Shown here piece by piece: positions 59,773 to 64,000 of a stretch of DNA of 64,000 bases (position 1 is the stretch's first letter; every line of letters begins with the position of its first letter). The DNA lies in contig JBILJK010000001.1 in NCBI GenBank assembly GCA_044377285.1, forward strand, positions 5,231 to 69,230. The letters are read 5' to 3'. The position numbers were made by a program, and so were the translations under genes. Source of the DNA: Candidatus Planktophila sp. Lineage in GTDB: Bacteria; Actinomycetota; Actinomycetes; Nanopelagicales; Nanopelagicaceae. The notes beneath the pieces are model-generated. The model saw only the letters and a program-made list of their open reading frames with translations. It ran no database searches and was not told where the DNA came from.

Positions 59773-60417
59773 ATGCAAACCTTTTCTGAGCTGTCACATT
59801 TAATTTTTCCCACCAGATGTTATGGATGTAATTCTTTGGGAATTAGTATCTGTACTAATTGCAGACGGGAGTGGATCCCTCATTATTACAAGACTCATAT
59901 CAATCTGCTGAGTGTTCATTCTGCAATTATGTACACACCAACTGCCTCTAAGATAATTCTTGCTGCAAAAGAAAACGGTTTACAAGGAGCAGATGATTTA
60001 TTGATTGCAGCGATTGTTCATGTGTTAAGCAAAGCCAGATTAGACAGTGGTTACTTCACCTTGGTTCCAGTTCCTTCAAGTAAACGGTCACAGCGCCGAC
60101 GTGGCCGCAGTTTTGTAGTTGATTTAACCAAGGCAATTTCTAAGCACACGGGTATCGCCGTAAATGATTGTTTGCAGGTTTCTCGACACGTTTCTGATCA
60201 AAGTGGATTAACGCGCATACAGAGAAGTTCTAATATGCACGGAGCTTTTTCTGTAAAGCCCGGAGCGATACTTCGTGGTGATGCAATTGTCATTGATGAT
60301 GTGGTCACAACCGGAGCAACCCTGCGGGAAGCGGCCAGAGCCCTCAATTCGCAGGGTTTTCATGCCTTCGGCTCAGTTAGCGCGGTTACCGCCTGTGTGG
60401 CTCAGCCTCTACGATAA
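59773..60417 (+). CDS. comF: ComF-family phosphoribosyltransferase-domain protein
   Basis: CYGC/CTNC zinc ribbon, VPVP, RRRG, IDDVVTTGATL. Confidence 0.9.
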   Translation: MQTFSELSHLIFPTRCYGCNSLGISICTNCRREWIPHYYKTHINLLSVHSAIMYTPTASKIILAAKENGLQGADDLLIAAIVHVLSKARLDSGYFTLVPVPSSKRSQRRRGRSFVVDLTKAISKHTGIAVNDCLQVSRHVSDQSGLTRIQRSSNMHGAFSVKPGAILRGDAIVIDDVVTTGATLREAARALNSQGFHAFGSVSAVTACVAQPLR

Positions 60418-60484
60418 GGGGGTGAAAAGGTGCTCCACGCCTACACAGGGTCGAGTGGGGAGCCACGATGAAAGGTAAGAATCA

Positions 60485-63160
60485 ATGCCAGCATTTGTAG
60501 ACAAGATTTTGCGAGCAGGCGAAGGACGCATCCTTCGTGATTTAAGCAAGGTCGTTGCCTTAGTCAATGCTCAGGAGGCTCGCTTCGTTGCGATGTCTGA
60601 TTCTGATCTCCGTAGTCAAACTGGGGTATTCCAAGAGCGATATGCAAAGGGAGAATCCCTTGATGATTTATTGCCAGAAGCATTTGCAGTTGTGCGCGAA
60701 GCAGCAAAGCGCACACTTGGCCAGCGTCACTATGACGTACAAATCATGGGTGGTGCAGCACTTCACAGGGGCAACATTGCAGAAATGCGTACCGGTGAAG
60801 GTAAGACTTTGGTCTCAACATTGCCTTCATACCTCAACGCTCTTGCAGGTCGCGGCGTGCACGTTGTTACAACAAATGATTATTTAGCAGAACGCGATAG
60901 CGAATGGATGGGTCGAGTACACCGTTTTCTTGGTTTAAAGGTAGATGTAATTCTTGCAAATATGACGCCAACAGAACGACGTAAGGCATATCTTGCCGAC
61001 ATTACGTATGGCACAAATAATGAATTTGGTTTTGATTATCTTCGTGACAACATGGCGTGGTCTCTCGAAGAGTGCGTGCAACGTGAACATTTCTTTGCAG
61101 TAGTTGATGAAGTTGACTCAATTTTGATTGATGAAGCGCGAACACCATTGATTATTAGTGGACCTGCGGATAAAGCAACCAAGTGGTACGTAGAGTTTGC
61201 CAACCTGGTCAATAAATTGCAGCGCGATGTTCATTACGAAGTCGATGAAAAGAAGAAGACTTGCGGAGTTATTGAAGAAGGCGTAACAAAAGTGGAAGAA
61301 ATGCTGCAAATTGGCAATCTCTATGAATCAGCAAATACGCCAATGATCGGCTATCTCAACAACGCAATTCGGGCAAAAGAGCTCTTCAAGCGCGATAAAG
61401 ATTATGTTGTAATGAATGGCGAGCTTTTGATTGTTGATGAGCACACTGGTCGTATGTTGGCTGGGCGTCGCTACAGTGAAGGCCTGCATCAGGCACTTGA
61501 AGCTAAAGAGCGGCTTGAAATTAAGGATGAAAATCAGACCCTTGCAACGATTACCCTGCAAAACTACTTCCGCCTTTATTCAAAGCTTTCAGGCATGACA
61601 GGTACAGCTTCAACAGAGGCATCAGAATTTCACCAGATTTATAAGCTCGGGGTAGTTCCTATTCCTACAAACCGCGAAATGCAACGAATTGATTCGCCAG
61701 ATTTGGTGTACAAAACTGAAGTCGGAAAGTTTGCTGCTGTAACATCCGACATCGCCGAACGTCACCGCAAAGGCCAGCCAGTATTGGTCGGTACCGTCAG
61801 TGTTGAAAAGTCTGAAGAACTTTCTGCGTTCTTACGCAAGTCAGGTGTGCCTCACGAAGTTCTTAACGCAAAGCACCACGAACGCGAAGCAGCGATCATT
61901 GCTCGTGCTGGAGTACATGGGGCTGTAACAGTTGCTACCAACATGGCAGGTCGCGGTACTGACATCATGCTTGGTGGAAATCCAGAGTTCATGGCTGACT
62001 TTGAATTACAGCGTCGTGGAATTTCCCCAGTTGATAACGCCGAAGAGTATGAAAAGGAATGGCCAGCAGAGATCGCACGGCAAAAAGCAGCGGTTGAAAA
62101 AGGTCATGAAGAAGTAGTTTCCTTAGGTGGTCTGTATGTTCTCGGAACAGAGCGTCACGAATCTCGTCGTATCGACAACCAGCTGCGTGGTCGATCTGGT
62201 CGTCAAGGCGATCCAGGTGAGTCTCGCTTCTATCTTTCATTACAAGATGATTTGATGCGTCGATTCAATTCAGGAATGGTTGAGCGTTTCTTAACAGCTG
62301 CGGGACTTCCTGAAGATGCTCCAATTGAATCAAAGATGGTTTCAAATGCGATTCGCTCTGCGCAAACACAAGTTGAAGCACAAAACTTTGAAATGCGTAA
62401 AACGGTTTTGAAGTATGACGATGTTATGAACCGTCAGCGCACCGTTGTTTACGGAGAGCGCCGCATGGTTCTAGAGGGTGCAGACATTAAGGATCAGGTA
62501 GCAGGATTCGTTTCAGATACTTTGACAGCATATGTACAAGCCGCAACCGCTAATGGATTTGGGGAGGATTGGGATCTAGACACCCTATTTACAGCCCTCA
62601 AAACCATCTATCCAATCTCATTTACTATTGATGAACTACTTGCCGAGGTTGGTTCCAGGGCAGGATTAGATGCGGAGTACTTAACTGCTCGTGTTATTGA
62701 TGATTGCAAGGCAGCCTATGCACAGCGCGAAGAATCACTCGGTGAAGAGGTTATGCGAGAACTAGAGCGCAAGGTATTGCTTTCTGTTCTAGATCGTAAA
62801 TGGCGTGAGCATTTGTACGAGATGGATTATCTGCAAGAGGGTATTGGGCTACGTGCAATGGCACAGCGTGATCCTCTTGTTGAGTATCAAAAAGAGGGCT
62901 TTGACTTATTTGCAGCAATGATGGATGCAATCAAAGAAGAGATTGCCGGATTCTTGTTTAACATCGAAGTCACTGTAGAAAGCTCAAACAATGAAGTTGT
63001 TGCACCTGGTCTTGAGGCCAAGCATGTGCCTGCAACTGGATTGCAGTACACGGCGGCAGATGAATCGGGAGTCCGTACAACGGGAGATGTTTCTCGAAAT
63101 GCTCAATGCCCATGTGGCTCTGGCAAGAAGTACAAGCGTTGTCACGGTGGCGCTGCTTAA
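60485..63160 (+). CDS. secA: Preprotein translocase ATPase SecA
   Basis: [48 protein letters not shown]. Confidence 0.99.
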   Translation: MPAFVDKILRAGEGRILRDLSKVVALVNAQEARFVAMSDSDLRSQTGVFQERYAKGESLDDLLPEAFAVVREAAKRTLGQRHYDVQIMGGAALHRGNIAEMRTGEGKTLVSTLPSYLNALAGRGVHVVTTNDYLAERDSEWMGRVHRFLGLKVDVILANMTPTERRKAYLADITYGTNNEFGFDYLRDNMAWSLEECVQREHFFAVVDEVDSILIDEARTPLIISGPADKATKWYVEFANLVNKLQRDVHYEVDEKKKTCGVIEEGVTKVEEMLQIGNLYESANTPMIGYLNNAIRAKELFKRDKDYVVMNGELLIVDEHTGRMLAGRRYSEGLHQALEAKERLEIKDENQTLATITLQNYFRLYSKLSGMTGTASTEASEFHQIYKLGVVPIPTNREMQRIDSPDLVYKTEVGKFAAVTSDIAERHRKGQPVLVGTVSVEKSEELSAFLRKSGVPHEVLNAKHHEREAAIIARAGVHGAVTVATNMAGRGTDIMLGGNPEFMADFELQRRGISPVDNAEEYEKEWPAEIARQKAAVEKGHEEVVSLGGLYVLGTERHESRRIDNQLRGRSGRQGDPGESRFYLSLQDDLMRRFNSGMVERFLTAAGLPEDAPIESKMVSNAIRSAQTQVEAQNFEMRKTVLKYDDVMNRQRTVVYGERRMVLEGADIKDQVAGFVSDTLTAYVQAATANGFGEDWDLDTLFTALKTIYPISFTIDELLAEVGSRAGLDAEYLTARVIDDCKAAYAQREESLGEEVMRELERKVLLSVLDRKWREHLYEMDYLQEGIGLRAMAQRDPLVEYQKEGFDLFAAMMDAIKEEIAGFLFNIEVTVESSNNEVVAPGLEAKHVPATGLQYTAADESGVRTTGDVSRNAQCPCGSGKKYKRCHGGAA

Positions 63161-63161
63161 C

Positions 63162-63689
63162 TTAAATCAAAGTTAATGCAGTACATAACCAACGTCCATC
63201 TAGCCCTTCGAATCGAATAGCTACAACACGCAATCGATCTTCATAGCGAACCGTGACCGTTGATTCGATAATGCCATCAAGTGGCTCAGTGACTTTTATC
63301 TTTCTAATTCTTCCGACTAATTTTTGCTGCCCAGCTTTTCGCTGTAAATCGGCGTAAATTAGGTGGTGACACATCGCTTGAACTTGTGAAGCAGATCTGC
63401 GTCCAGCCCATATTTCTACAACATTATGAATGAACTGAAAGGTCATTTCATGGATGTCTGGCAAATCTGCAGCCGAGGTTGGTTTCGGAGCAAACTCAGC
63501 GTCATATTCTTCGCCAAATGTTGATGCAACCAGATAAAGACGTGGCTTTTGCGCAGCTGGTAAAGGTAATTCAGGACGAAACATTTCAAGTACTAGATGT
63601 TGCCAATCTTCGTTTGGGTCACTTGGAATAGGTGATAAATCAATCCTTGAGAAGAATGGTTCCTGGGAATATGAGATTTCTGTTGTCAT
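63162..63689 (-). CDS. Rv3235-family protein
   Basis: EIWAGRRSASQV, RVVAIRFEGLDGRWLCTAL; convergent on secA. Confidence 0.88.
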   Translation of the reverse strand: MTTEISYSQEPFFSRIDLSPIPSDPNEDWQHLVLEMFRPELPLPAAQKPRLYLVASTFGEEYDAEFAPKPTSAADLPDIHEMTFQFIHNVVEIWAGRRSASQVQAMCHHLIYADLQRKAGQQKLVGRIRKIKVTEPLDGIIESTVTVRYEDRLRVVAIRFEGLDGRWLCTALTLI

Positions 63690-63727
63690 GGACTGACAAT
63701 TGCAATCTGTTCATGCACATACCTCAG

Positions 63728-63772
63728 ACTTAAGTATGGATAGATCTCATACTTAAGTACTACTGTGGATAA
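63728..63772. promoter_or_regulatory. Perfect 11-bp inverted repeat followed by a consensus DnaA box
   Basis: ACTTAAGTATG-9 nt-CATACTTAAGT (63728-63758); TGTGGATAA (63764-63772). Confidence 0.6.
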
Positions 63773-63811
63773 AGATGAAGCAGATGTCACCAATACGGTT
63801 TGGGTGCTCCT

Positions 63812-64000
63812 ATGACTCTACATAAGAAAACACGCTCTTCACGGCTTTCGTTAGCGGTAACACTCATCGCGGCCGCATTCATTTCATCATTCCTGATTGC
63901 AACAGTTTCAAATAAAGGATCAGATTATTGGGTAATCAATGTGCCTATTTCACCTGGACATCAACTTTCGGCTTCTGATGTTTCTCTAGCCCATTTCAAT
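63812..64000 (+). CDS. Probable SAF-domain (CpaB/FlgA-like) membrane-anchored protein, 3'-truncated
   Basis: Read directly: MTLHKKTRSSRL-TM-KGSDYWVINVPISPGHQLSASDV; frame open to window end. Confidence 0.6.
   Translation, partial: MTLHKKTRSSRLSLAVTLIAAAFISSFLIATVSNKGSDYWVINVPISPGHQLSASDVSLAHFN

Noticed and set aside
1-64000. tRNA, rRNA, CRISPR array, IS, prophage or defence island
   Set aside because: Intergenic gaps are all under ~200 bp and show no cloverleaf or spaced direct repeats; no transposase, integrase or phage proteins recognised

Overview
Extremely gene-dense chromosomal segment (GC roughly mid-40s % by eye) from a streamlined actinobacterium; the gene content (whiB, mtrAB, mshB, DUF3117, DUF3499, Rv3235 family, AccE) and compaction are consistent with a freshwater acI/Nanopelagicales-type genome (inference). 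About 66 CDS and no rRNA, tRNA, CRISPR, IS or prophage seen. Main blocks: (1) a ~16 kb nucleoside uptake/catabolism region (BMP-type ABC importer, cdd, pyrimidine-nucleoside phosphorylase, add, deoC, phosphomutase, a split ALDH16-like pair) with a cytochrome P450, an atypical nucleoside hydrolase and a ribokinase-family kinase in its middle; (2) acyl-CoA carboxylase/birA/purKE; (3) a wall-glycopolymer locus (ugd, LCP, GT2, Wzm/Wzt, SpoIID/LytB); (4) the dapD-LOG-DUF3117-pepA-htrA-tatB-mrp-mgtE block; (5) mshB-cysS-fdxA-dapC; (6) manC-whiB-GT2-manB-ahcY-mtrAB-comF-secA. The best candidate for an undescribed system is the P450/nucleoside hydrolase/kinase module, which may salvage modified (methylated) nucleosides. 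Other leads are 18-30 bp bidirectional leaderless promoters, a solute-binding protein without a lipobox plus no lpqB after mtrB, an archaeal/cyanobacterial-type AhcY and an atypical CysRS. All family calls come from motif recognition and recalled synteny; no database searches were run.
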